Of a stretch of 6,666 bases of DNA, positions 1 to 5,717 are shown piece after piece; within the stretch, counting starts at the first letter, position 1, and every line of letters starts with the position of its first letter. The notes beneath the pieces are model-generated. The model saw only the letters and a program-made list of their open reading frames with translations, ran no database searches and was not told the origin of the DNA. Source of the DNA: a virus (Duplodnaviria; Heunggongvirae; Uroviricota; Caudoviricetes); IMG/VR virus record IMGVR_UViG_2706794694_000002; one strand, 5' to 3'. Position numbers and translations under genes: made by a program.

Positions 1-28
1 GGGCAAAACTCAGCTCACCGTCGAACAC
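1..28 (-). CDS. T: T-frame portion of the gpGT tail-assembly chaperone fusion, reached by -1 frameshift; 3'-partial, continues beyond the window start
   Basis: Reading the minus strand in the -1 frame from the slippery site gives V-F-D-G-E-L-S-F-A, matching the lambda gpGT junction (..SAGK/VFDGELSFA..) as recalled. Only 9 codons are visible. Confidence 0.7.
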
Positions 29-432
29 TTTCCCGCAGAAACAGGCTCTGCAGGCCCGGCGTCCTCTGCCTGTTCAGGAGCATCATTCACCACAAACTCA
101 TACATACCGGACAGCCGGTACACCACGTTTTCAGCATGAGAAATTGCCTCTGTGGGCCAGGTGGTAAGCACTTCCTGCTCAATCTGTTTAACGGCTTCAT
201 TCATGGACGGCATCTGCGTCTTCTTCGGATGGTTATGCCACAGGGACATCGCAACCACAAAAGCGCCGGTTCTGATGGCGTCTTCCACAGTAAACTTCCG
301 GTTGCTGTCTGACTCCGCCTGTTCTGCCTGCCGTTTCATCAGGTCGAGATGCTCAATACGCTGCAGGGCTGACAGTTCAGAAAGCGTGACGGTCACACCG
401 TTATGTTCAAATGATTCGGTTTTCAGGAACAT
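10..432 (-). CDS. G: Tail assembly chaperone gpG (lambda-like)
   Basis: 140-aa ORF MFLKTESFEHNGVTV...PVSAGKCSTVS recognised as lambda gpG. ATG at 432..430 is preceded by GGAGAG with a 6-nt spacer; TGA at 12..10. Length 423 nt and the 15-nt gap after V match lambda. Confidence 0.95.
   Translation of the reverse strand: MFLKTESFEHNGVTVTLSELSALQRIEHLDLMKRQAEQAESDSNRKFTVEDAIRTGAFVVAMSLWHNHPKKTQMPSMNEAVKQIEQEVLTTWPTEAISHAENVVYRLSGMYEFVVNDAPEQAEDAGPAEPVSAGKCSTVS
28..34 (-). promoter_or_regulatory. Programmed -1 ribosomal frameshift slippery heptamer G_GGA_AAG at the 3' end of G
   Basis: Minus-strand sequence GCG GGA AAG TGT at 36..25, with GGA and AAG in the G zero frame, 6 codons before the G stop. 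This is the known lambda G/T slippery sequence. Confidence 0.85.
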
Positions 433-447
433 CGCTGACTCTCCGGA

Positions 448-1188
448 TTAACTGGCGGTGACGTTGATTTCTGCAACCGCAGCAAACTCACCATTACCAG
501 ATACGACCGGAATGTTGACCTTGCCTGCAGCAACACCTTTCACGGTGATGGTCATACCACTGACCGACACGGTGGCTTTTGTTTTATCCGCAGACACCGC
601 ACGGAAGCTCTTGTCGGTTGCGCCATCCGGCTGGAATGCCACGGTCAGCGTGGTGCTCTGCCCTTTCACTACGGAAGCACTGGCGGGTGTCACCGTCATG
701 CCGGTCGTCGCCGTCACCGTGCTGCGATCTTCTGCCATCGACGGACGTCCCACATTGGTGACCTTCACCGTGCGGGTAATCACCTCCTTCGCCGTCACCG
801 CCTTACCGATACTGCTGACCCAGCCACGGAACACATCGACCGTGCCGTTCGGGAAGCGGATTTTATAGGCACGGGTATCACCTTCATTAAACCACGCCAG
901 CAGCGCCTGCTGCCCCTGCTCTCCGGGCATCCACGCCAGCGTGAAGCTGGTATCTCCGGCAGATTTCTGCCCCTGCCCGGTCGCAGTCCAGTCTGCATCT
1001 TCATCATCGAGATAGCTGTCGTCATAGGACTCAGCGGTCAGTTCGCCGGGCGTCAGGTCTTTAACTTTTGCCAGACGCGACCAGTCAACGTCTGAAAGCG
1101 GGTTCGCATAAGGGTCACCGCTCCCCTTATAAACCCACAGGGTGGTCCCGGCACCTTTCACCGGCATNNNNNNNNNNNNNNNNNNNNN
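448..1188 (-). CDS. V: Major tail tube protein gpV (lambda-like); true start lies inside the masked block
   Basis: Visible from 1167 down to stop TAA at 450..448: [26 protein letters not shown]...[13 protein letters not shown] (239 aa). Lambda gpV is 246 aa and, as I recall, begins MPVPNPT-MPVKG, so the start is inferred about 21 nt inside the N block (near 1188). The ORF-track entry 448..1590 is a U+V fusion artefact. Confidence 0.85.
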   Translation of the reverse strand, partial: XXXXXXXMPVKGAGTTLWVYKGSGDPYANPLSDVDWSRLAKVKDLTPGELTAESYDDSYLDDEDADWTATGQGQKSAGDTSFTLAWMPGEQGQQALLAWFNEGDTRAYKIRFPNGTVDVFRGWVSSIGKAVTAKEVITRTVKVTNVGRPSMAEDRSTVTATTGMTVTPASASVVKGQSTTLTVAFQPDGATDKSFRAVSADKTKATVSVSGMTITVKGVAAGKVNIPVVSGNGEFAAVAEINVTAS

Positions 1189-1440
1189 NNNNNNNNNNNN
1201 NNNNNNNNNNNNNNNNNNNNNNNNNNNNNNNNNNNNNNNNNNNNNNNNNNNNNNNNNNNNNNNNNNNNNNNNNNNNNNNNNNNNNNNNNNNNNNNNNNNN
1301 NNNNNNNNNNNNNNNNNNNNNNNNNNNNNNNNNNNNNNNNNNNNNNNNNNNNNNNNNNNNNNNNNNNNNNNNNNNNNNNNNNNNNNNNNNNNNNNNNNNN
1401 NNNNNNNNNNNNNNNNNNNNNNNNNNNNNNNNNNNNNNNN
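1168..1440. other. Masked/undetermined sequence (273 N) covering the 3' part of U, the U-V junction and the first codons of V
   Basis: Run of n characters in the sequence. Flanks are U codon 50 and V codon 8 by lambda numbering. Confidence 1.
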
Positions 1441-1590
1441 GCCCGTGTATTCAGCGCCGGTGAGATAAACGGCAATTGCCGGAAAATCTTCCTCATCAAA
1501 AACAGCGGGGCGACCATCAAAAAGCGTCGCCCCGGTGTCATGCTTCTCCAGTGCATCCAGTACGGCTGCACGGAGTTCAGTATGTTTCAT
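1195..1590 (-). CDS. U: Tail terminator/head-tail joining protein gpU (lambda-like); 3' end inside the masked block
   Basis: ATG at 1590..1588, then MKHTELRAAVLDALEKHDTGATLFDGRPAVFDEEDFPAIAVYLTGAEYTG (50 aa visible), recognised as the lambda gpU N-terminus. The end coordinate is extrapolated from the 131-aa lambda length and is not observed. Confidence 0.85.
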
Positions 1591-2165
1591 CGCTTTATTA
1601 CCATTCTCAGTTGATGCTGCAGCGCATAGCCCAGCTCTTTCGGAAGACGTTCACGCCGTATCCGTTCAATATTCTGTTTAAACGCCGTGGTCAGCGGCAC
1701 CGCCATCGGGATTTTCACCACATCAATGGGGTAACGGTTTTTCCCGGCCACACGCTGCATAACATGCCACCGGCCGTTTTTCAGTTGCTGAATAAACGCG
1801 CCGGGAATACGACGGTTACCCACCACAAGCACGCTGCCGCCACCTTTCAGGGATGAACGCTGCCCCTTTTTATGACGCCTGCGGCGGGACAGGACAACCC
1901 GCGCATTACCCAGCTTGATTACGGGCAAATCCCCCCGGTTAACTTTGATTCTGGCCTGCGGATTTTTGACCGTGGCCCTTTTCAGCCTGGCCCTTTCCTT
2001 TACCAGTTTCCGGCGTACCTTTGTCTCACGGGCAACCTGTGACGCAGACTGCGATATCGCGGATGAAGCAACGCGGTTAATGGCCATTGCGGCGGCACCG
2101 GGCACCGCCGTTTTGCTGATACGGCTGAGGTTTTCAACGGCCTGCTCAAGACCTTTTATGGCCAT
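1587..2165 (-). CDS. Z: Tail completion protein gpZ (lambda-like)
   Basis: 192-aa ORF MAIKGLEQAVENLSRISKTAVPG...LQHQLRMVIKR recognised as lambda gpZ. ATG at 2165..2163 is preceded by AAGGGGGA; its TGA stop (1589..1587) overlaps the U ATG as ATGA. Confidence 0.95.
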   Translation of the reverse strand: MAIKGLEQAVENLSRISKTAVPGAAAMAINRVASSAISQSASQVARETKVRRKLVKERARLKRATVKNPQARIKVNRGDLPVIKLGNARVVLSRRRRHKKGQRSSLKGGGSVLVVGNRRIPGAFIQQLKNGRWHVMQRVAGKNRYPIDVVKIPMAVPLTTAFKQNIERIRRERLPKELGYALQHQLRMVIKR

Positions 2166-2176
2166 ACATCCCCCTT

Positions 2177-2530
2177 TCAGCGGCGACGGTTAACGGCAGG
2201 CGGTACGCCCCGTCCAAGCCAGAGATGACAACTTCCGCCATCATCCGGCGAAACCCGATCTACCCAGAAATTTTCCTCACCGATGGTCAGCGTGTCTCCA
2301 CGCCGCAGCTGCCGCACCTCATCAGTCCGGACAAACAGGGACGGGCTGGAGCCTTCAACGCGCACGCCCTGTCCGGCATAGCTGATATTTTCAGGGTCAT
2401 CAAAAACACCACGTATCACCGCACCTGACTGCTCACCGGATGTCATGGTGGCTGACGTTCCCATGTACCCGCGTATCGTTTCATCGGCGCGGGCAATGGC
2501 AGCATCGAACAGGTTATCGAAATCAGCCAC
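2177..2530 (-). CDS. FII: Head-tail connector/head completion protein gpFII (lambda-like)
   Basis: 117-aa ORF MADFDNLFDAAIARADETIRGYMG...RGVPPAVNRRR recognised as lambda gpFII. The initiator is GTG at 2530..2528, preceded by GGGAGG with a 4-nt spacer; the gap after FI is 11 nt. Confidence 0.95.
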   Translation of the reverse strand: MADFDNLFDAAIARADETIRGYMGTSATMTSGEQSGAVIRGVFDDPENISYAGQGVRVEGSSPSLFVRTDEVRQLRRGDTLTIGEENFWVDRVSPDDGGSCHLWLGRGVPPAVNRRR

Positions 2531-2541
2531 AGCGCCTCCCG

Positions 2542-2940
2542 TTATTGCATTCTGGCCAGGCCGCGCTCTGTCATTTCGGCTGCCACACCGGCAGAGACAC
2601 GAAACGCCGTTCCCGGCAGCACAAATGCCACAGGTTTATCCCGCGTGGCGTGAAGTGCATCAGTATGCAGCGTCACCAGTGCCACGACCGTGACCAGTTC
2701 AGCCGTATCCTGAATCACGGTATCCGGCTGCGCTGATACCACCTCATTTTCATGCCCGGTCAGCACATTTTCCCGGCTGAGAGGGGTGTCCTGACCGGCA
2801 GTTTCATCCGTGTCATCAAGCTCTTCTTCCAGCTCTGCCACACGAAGCGCCAGTTCTTCTTTCGTTCCCGTCAAACTGACATCGCGGTTCAATTGCTCAC
2901 CCAGCTCCTGAAGACGGGCAATCAGTTCATCTTTCGTCAT
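2542..2940 (-). CDS. FI: DNA-packaging/head assembly protein gpFI (lambda-like)
   Basis: MTKDELIARLQELGEQLNRDVSLTGTKEELALRVAELEEELDDTDETAGQDT...ERGLARMQ, 132 aa, recognised as lambda gpFI. ATG at 2940..2938 is preceded by GGAGGAG. The ORF-track start at 2979 is an in-frame upstream ATG without an SD, lying inside a hairpin. Confidence 0.95.
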   Translation of the reverse strand: MTKDELIARLQELGEQLNRDVSLTGTKEELALRVAELEEELDDTDETAGQDTPLSRENVLTGHENEVVSAQPDTVIQDTAELVTVVALVTLHTDALHATRDKPVAFVLPGTAFRVSAGVAAEMTERGLARMQ

Positions 2941-2961
2941 GAACTCCTCCACAGAGAGAAA

Positions 2962-2979
2962 ATGGCCCCGAAGGGCCAT
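2962..2979 (-). promoter_or_regulatory. Perfect 7-bp stem with UUCG loop hairpin in the E-FI intergenic mRNA, followed by a U-rich tract; function unassigned (terminator/attenuator-like or stability element)
   Basis: Plus strand atggccc-cgaa-gggccat at 2962..2979. On the minus-strand transcript this is AUGGCCC-UUCG-GGGCCAU followed by UUUUCUCUCU. It starts 3 nt after the E stop codon. Confidence 0.5.
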
Positions 2980-2981
2980 GA

Positions 2982-4000
2982 TTACGCCAGTTGAACGGAC
3001 ACGAACTCATCAGGATCAGCCAGCAGCATCAGCGGTGCTGACTGAATCATGGTGAACTCACGCGCCGGATCGCCGGTGGTCACCCAGTTTTTCGGGTAAC
3101 GGGCAGAAGCGTTAATGCCTTCGCGCTGTGCGTCCGCATCCTGAATGCAGCCATAGGTGCGCAGACCGCGAGCCTGAGTGTTCCCCAGCACCATCGTGTT
3201 GTCCGGCAGGAAGTTCTTTTTGACGCCGTTTTCCACGTACTGTCCGGAATACACGACGATGGCCACATCGCCATACATTCCCTTATAGGACACCGCTTTG
3301 CCCAGGTCTTTTACCGCTGTCTCCAGCTCGGAATGAGAGCCGCGACGGGTATCCAGCTTCTCCTTGNNNNNNNNNNNNNNNNNNNNNNNNNNNNNNNNNN
3401 NNNNNNNNNNNNNNNNNNNNNNNNNNNNNNNNNNNNNNNNNNNNNNNNNNNNNNNNNNNNNNNNNNNNNNNNNNNNNNNNNNNNNNNNNNNNNNNNNNNN
3501 NNNNNNNNNNNNNNNNNNNNNNNNNNNNNNNNNNNNNNNNNNNNNNNNNNNNNNNNNNNNNNNNNNNNNNNNNNNNNNNNNNNNNNNNNNNNNNNNNNNN
3601 NNNNNNNNNNNNNNNNNNNNNNNNNNNNNNNNNNNNNNNNNNNNNNNNNNNNNNNNNNNNNNNNNNNNNNNNNNNNNNNNNNNNNNNNNNNNNNNNNNNN
3701 NNNNNNNNNNNNNNNNNNNNNNNNNNNNNNNNNNNNNNNNNNNNNNNNCACCTCATGCTTGGGTTTGACATATCCCGGCGTAAATTCAGAGGTGGAGCCG
3801 CCACGGGAACGGATAACCTCACCGGAAACAATCGGCGAAACGTACAGCGCCATGTTTACCAGTCCCGGAATTTGTGAGAGATAGACTTTCTCCGTGGTGA
3901 AGGGATAGCTCTCACGGAAAAAGAGACGCAGAAACAGCGGATCAAACTTAAATTTCTGCTCATTTGCCGCCAGCAGCTGGGCGGTTGTGTACATCGACAT
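2982..4000 (-). CDS. E: Major capsid protein gpE (lambda-like), interrupted by masked block 3367-3748
   Basis: N-terminal part from 4000 to 3749: MSMYTTAQLLAANEQKFKFDPLFLRLFFRESYPFTTEKVY...PKHEV (84 aa). C-terminal part from 3365 to 2985: KEKLDTRRGSHSELETAVKDLGKAVSYKGMYGDV...DEFVSVQLA (127 aa), stop TAA at 2984..2982. Both parts are recognised as lambda gpE. The span is 1019 nt against 1026 nt expected for lambda E, so the mask is not length- or frame-preserving. Confidence 0.9.
3367..3748. other. Masked/undetermined sequence (382 N) inside gene E
   Basis: Run of n characters. 382 leaves remainder 1 on division by 3, so the two halves of E fall in different frames in this window. Confidence 1.
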
Positions 4001-4016
4001 AAAAAAATCCCGTAAA

Positions 4017-4038
4017 AAAAGCCACACAGGCGGCCTTT
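4017..4038 (-). promoter_or_regulatory. Strand-specific RNA hairpin (9 bp including two G-U pairs, 4-nt loop) followed by a U7 tract in the D-E intergenic region; terminator-like, function unassigned
   Basis: Minus-strand RNA is AAAGGCCGC-CUGU-GUGGCUUUU followed by UUU, then ACGGGA, then UUUUUUU, then the E AUG. The two wobble pairs are G-U only on the minus-strand transcript; they are A-C mismatches on the other strand. Confidence 0.45.
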
Positions 4039-4055
4039 AGTGATGAAGGGTAAAG

Positions 4056-4388
4056 TTAAACGATGCTGATTGCCGTTCCGGCAAACACGGTCCGTTTTTT
4101 CGTCTCGTCGCTGGCAGCCTCCGGCCAGAGCACATCCTCATAACGGAACGTGCCGGACTTGTAGAACGTCAGTGTGGTGCTGGTCTGGTCAGCAGCAACC
4201 GCAAGAATGCCAACGGCAGCACCGTCGGTGGTGCCATCCCACGCAACCAGCTTACGGGTGGAGGTGTCCAGCATCAGCGGGGTCATTGCAGGCGCTTTCG
4301 CACTCAATCCGCCGGGCGCGGTTGCGGTATGAGCCGGGTCACTGTTGCCCAGCGGCTGGTAATGGGTAAAGGTTTCTTTGCTCGTCAT
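4056..4388 (-). CDS. D: Head decoration protein gpD (lambda-like)
   Basis: [54 protein letters not shown]...AGTAISIV, 110 aa, recognised as lambda gpD. ATG at 4388..4386 lies 6 nt after AAGGG; TAA at 4058..4056. The ORF-track start at 4394 (MFM...) directly abuts the SD and is rejected. Confidence 0.95.
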   Translation of the reverse strand: MTSKETFTHYQPLGNSDPAHTATAPGGLSAKAPAMTPLMLDTSTRKLVAWDGTTDGAAVGILAVAADQTSTTLTFYKSGTFRYEDVLWPEAASDETKKRTVFAGTAISIV

Positions 4389-4397
4389 AAACATCCC

Positions 4398-4793
4398 TTA
4401 CACTGGTGTGTTCAGCAAATCGTTAACGGCATCAGATGCCGGGTTACCTGCAGCCAGCGGTGCCGGTGCCCCCTGCATCAGACGATCCAGCGCAGTGTCA
4501 CTGCGCGTCTGTGCACTCTGTGGTGCTGCGGCCAGAATACGGCGGGCCGTTTCCACGGTCATACCGGGGGTTTCGGCCAGCACGCGTGCCTGTTCTTCGC
4601 GTCCGTGAGCCTCCTCACAGTTGAGGATCCCCATAATGCGACTGTTTTCTGCCGCAACCGCTGCGGTGATCTGCGCGTTCACGTCCGGCTGCGCCGCGCT
4701 GGCGTTCTCGCCCTCCGTCGCTTGCACCACGCCAGTAACGTCAGCCTGCGAAGCAGTGGCTGAAACAGTTGTTGATTGAGTCTCTTTGGTCAT
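4398..4793 (-). CDS. Nu3: Scaffolding protein gpNu3, nested in frame within the 3' third of C (shared stop)
   Basis: Internal in-frame ATG at 4793..4791 (MTKETQSTTVSATASQADV...DLLNTPV, 131 aa) is preceded by a strong SD CAGGAGGG with a 3-4-nt spacer. Lambda Nu3 is known to be an in-frame C-terminal segment of C. An alternative in-frame ATG at 5003..5001 (201 aa) has no SD. Confidence 0.7.
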   Translation of the reverse strand: MTKETQSTTVSATASQADVTGVVQATEGENASAAQPDVNAQITAAVAAENSRIMGILNCEEAHGREEQARVLAETPGMTVETARRILAAAPQSAQTRSDTALDRLMQGAPAPLAAGNPASDAVNDLLNTPV

Positions 4794-5717
4794 TCGCCCT
4801 CCTGAGAGACGGGATTTACGTGCATCCAGTGCATCACGCATGACGGTGATCGCATCGGTACTGTTAACAAGTTCATCAGCCAGTCCGGCATCAATGGCCT
4901 CCTGACCGCTGTACACTGCAGCCTCGGTATCCAGCACAGCCTGCACGGACAGGCCGGTATATGCCGACACCTTCTGTGCAAACATCCGGCGGGTTGCATC
5001 CATCCGGGACTGCAGTGTTTCCCGGACGTCATCCGGTAGATGGCTGTAGGGGTTGCCATCCACCTTATGGCTGCCGCTGTAAATCAGCGTGATTTCCACG
5101 CCCTGTTTCTCCAGTGCAGCGCCGTAATTACTGTGAGCCATCATGACGCCGATGGAGCCTGTCCGGGCGGTCTGCGTGACCAGACGCCGGGAGGCGGCAC
5201 TGGCAAGCAGCTGACCTGCGCTGCAGTTCATGTCATTGGCCAGCGCCCATACCGGCTTTATGTCACGCACACGGGCGATGATGTCAGCGCAGTCAAATGC
5301 TCCCGCCACCATTCCGCCCGGTGTGTCCATATCGAGCAGAATGCCGTCCACCATCGGGTCGCTGGCAGCCTGTTGCAGACGGGCGATAATGCCGTTGTAA
5401 CCGGTCATCCCCGAGTACGGCTGCAGCGCCCGCGTCCGGCTGACCAGCGTGCCGGACACCGGCAGCACGGCGATGCCGTTCATTACCTGATAACTGCGGG
5501 CCTGTCGTGGTCCGTCATCATCACCGGATAACGCCAGCGCCGCGGGTGCCTCTCCGGCAGTCAGGCTGTCGCCGGATACTGCATCCGTCAGGCAGCTGAT
5601 CCCAAGCTGGCCTGCAAGCGCACAAAAGAAAACCCGCGCATAGGCGGGTTCAAGCATCAGCGGCTCATTAAAAGCCATGCTGGCAATATGCGGGAGATTA
5701 CGCAGCTCTGCTGTCAC
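4398..5717 (-). CDS. C: Prohead protease/scaffold protein gpC (lambda-like)
   Basis: 439 codons from GTG at 5717..5715 (preceded by GAGGAGGAGAAGA) to TAA at 4400..4398. Translation (V/M)TAELRNLPHIASMAFNEPLMLEPAYARVFF...NDLLNTPV is recognised as lambda gpC. The ORF-track N-terminal extension back to 5852 is the 3' end of B in another frame. Confidence 0.93.
   Translation of the reverse strand: MTAELRNLPHIASMAFNEPLMLEPAYARVFFCALAGQLGISCLTDAVSGDSLTAGEAPAALALSGDDDGPRQARSYQVMNGIAVLPVSGTLVSRTRALQPYSGMTGYNGIIARLQQAASDPMVDGILLDMDTPGGMVAGAFDCADIIARVRDIKPVWALANDMNCSAGQLLASAASRRLVTQTARTGSIGVMMAHSNYGAALEKQGVEITLIYSGSHKVDGNPYSHLPDDVRETLQSRMDATRRMFAQKVSAYTGLSVQAVLDTEAAVYSGQEAIDAGLADELVNSTDAITVMRDALDARKSRLSGGRMTKETQSTTVSATASQADVTGVVQATEGENASAAQPDVNAQITAAVAAENSRIMGILNCEEAHGREEQARVLAETPGMTVETARRILAAAPQSAQTRSDTALDRLMQGAPAPLAAGNPASDAVNDLLNTPV

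Noticed and set aside
458-868. 136-aa plus-strand ORF antisense to V, and nested 60-aa ORF 579..761
   Set aside because: Antisense to the major tail gene; composition and absence of translation signals indicate an artefact.
795-1025. 76-aa minus-strand ORF in an alternative frame inside V
   Set aside because: Out-of-frame overlap with a well-identified gene, Arg-rich, and no SD.
1068-1571. ORF-track entries composed mostly of X (1068..1463, 1142..1468, 1158..1571), and likewise 3283..3831, 3333..3884, 3364..3768, 5737..6369
   Set aside because: They exist only because runs of N were translated as X. They carry no sequence information.
448-1590. Single 380-aa ORF spanning U and V
   Set aside because: Artefactual fusion through an N block whose length happens to be a multiple of 3. 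The two ends are the distinct proteins gpU and gpV.
1476-1856. 126-aa plus-strand ORF antisense to U/Z
   Set aside because: Antisense shadow ORF, rich in His/Arg/Pro, with no SD.
2962-2979. Calling the E-FI hairpin a bona fide intrinsic terminator
   Set aside because: The U tract is interrupted (UUUUCUCUCU) and FI, FII and the tail genes must be expressed downstream. It is kept as a regulatory stem-loop of unassigned function rather than a terminator.
4001-4027. N-terminal extension of E (MWLFLRDFF-) from GTG at 4027
   Set aside because: The extension runs through the U7/ACGGGA/U7 leader and has no SD. The conserved gpE N-terminus MSMYTTAQ begins at the ATG at 4000.
4389-4394. Upstream ATG giving MFM-TSKE start for D
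   Set aside because: This ATG directly abuts the SD (zero spacer). The second ATG at 4388 has a 6-nt spacer and gives the canonical gpD N-terminus.
4329-4763. 144-aa plus-strand ORF (Cys/Arg-rich), antisense to D and Nu3
   Set aside because: It lies entirely antisense to two confidently identified genes, has no recognisable SD, and has the low-complexity Arg/Cys/His-rich composition typical of spurious ORFs on the reverse strand of GC-rich coding DNA.
5040-5531. 163-aa plus-strand ORF antisense to C
   Set aside because: Same reasoning: antisense shadow ORF inside the protease gene, with no independent support.
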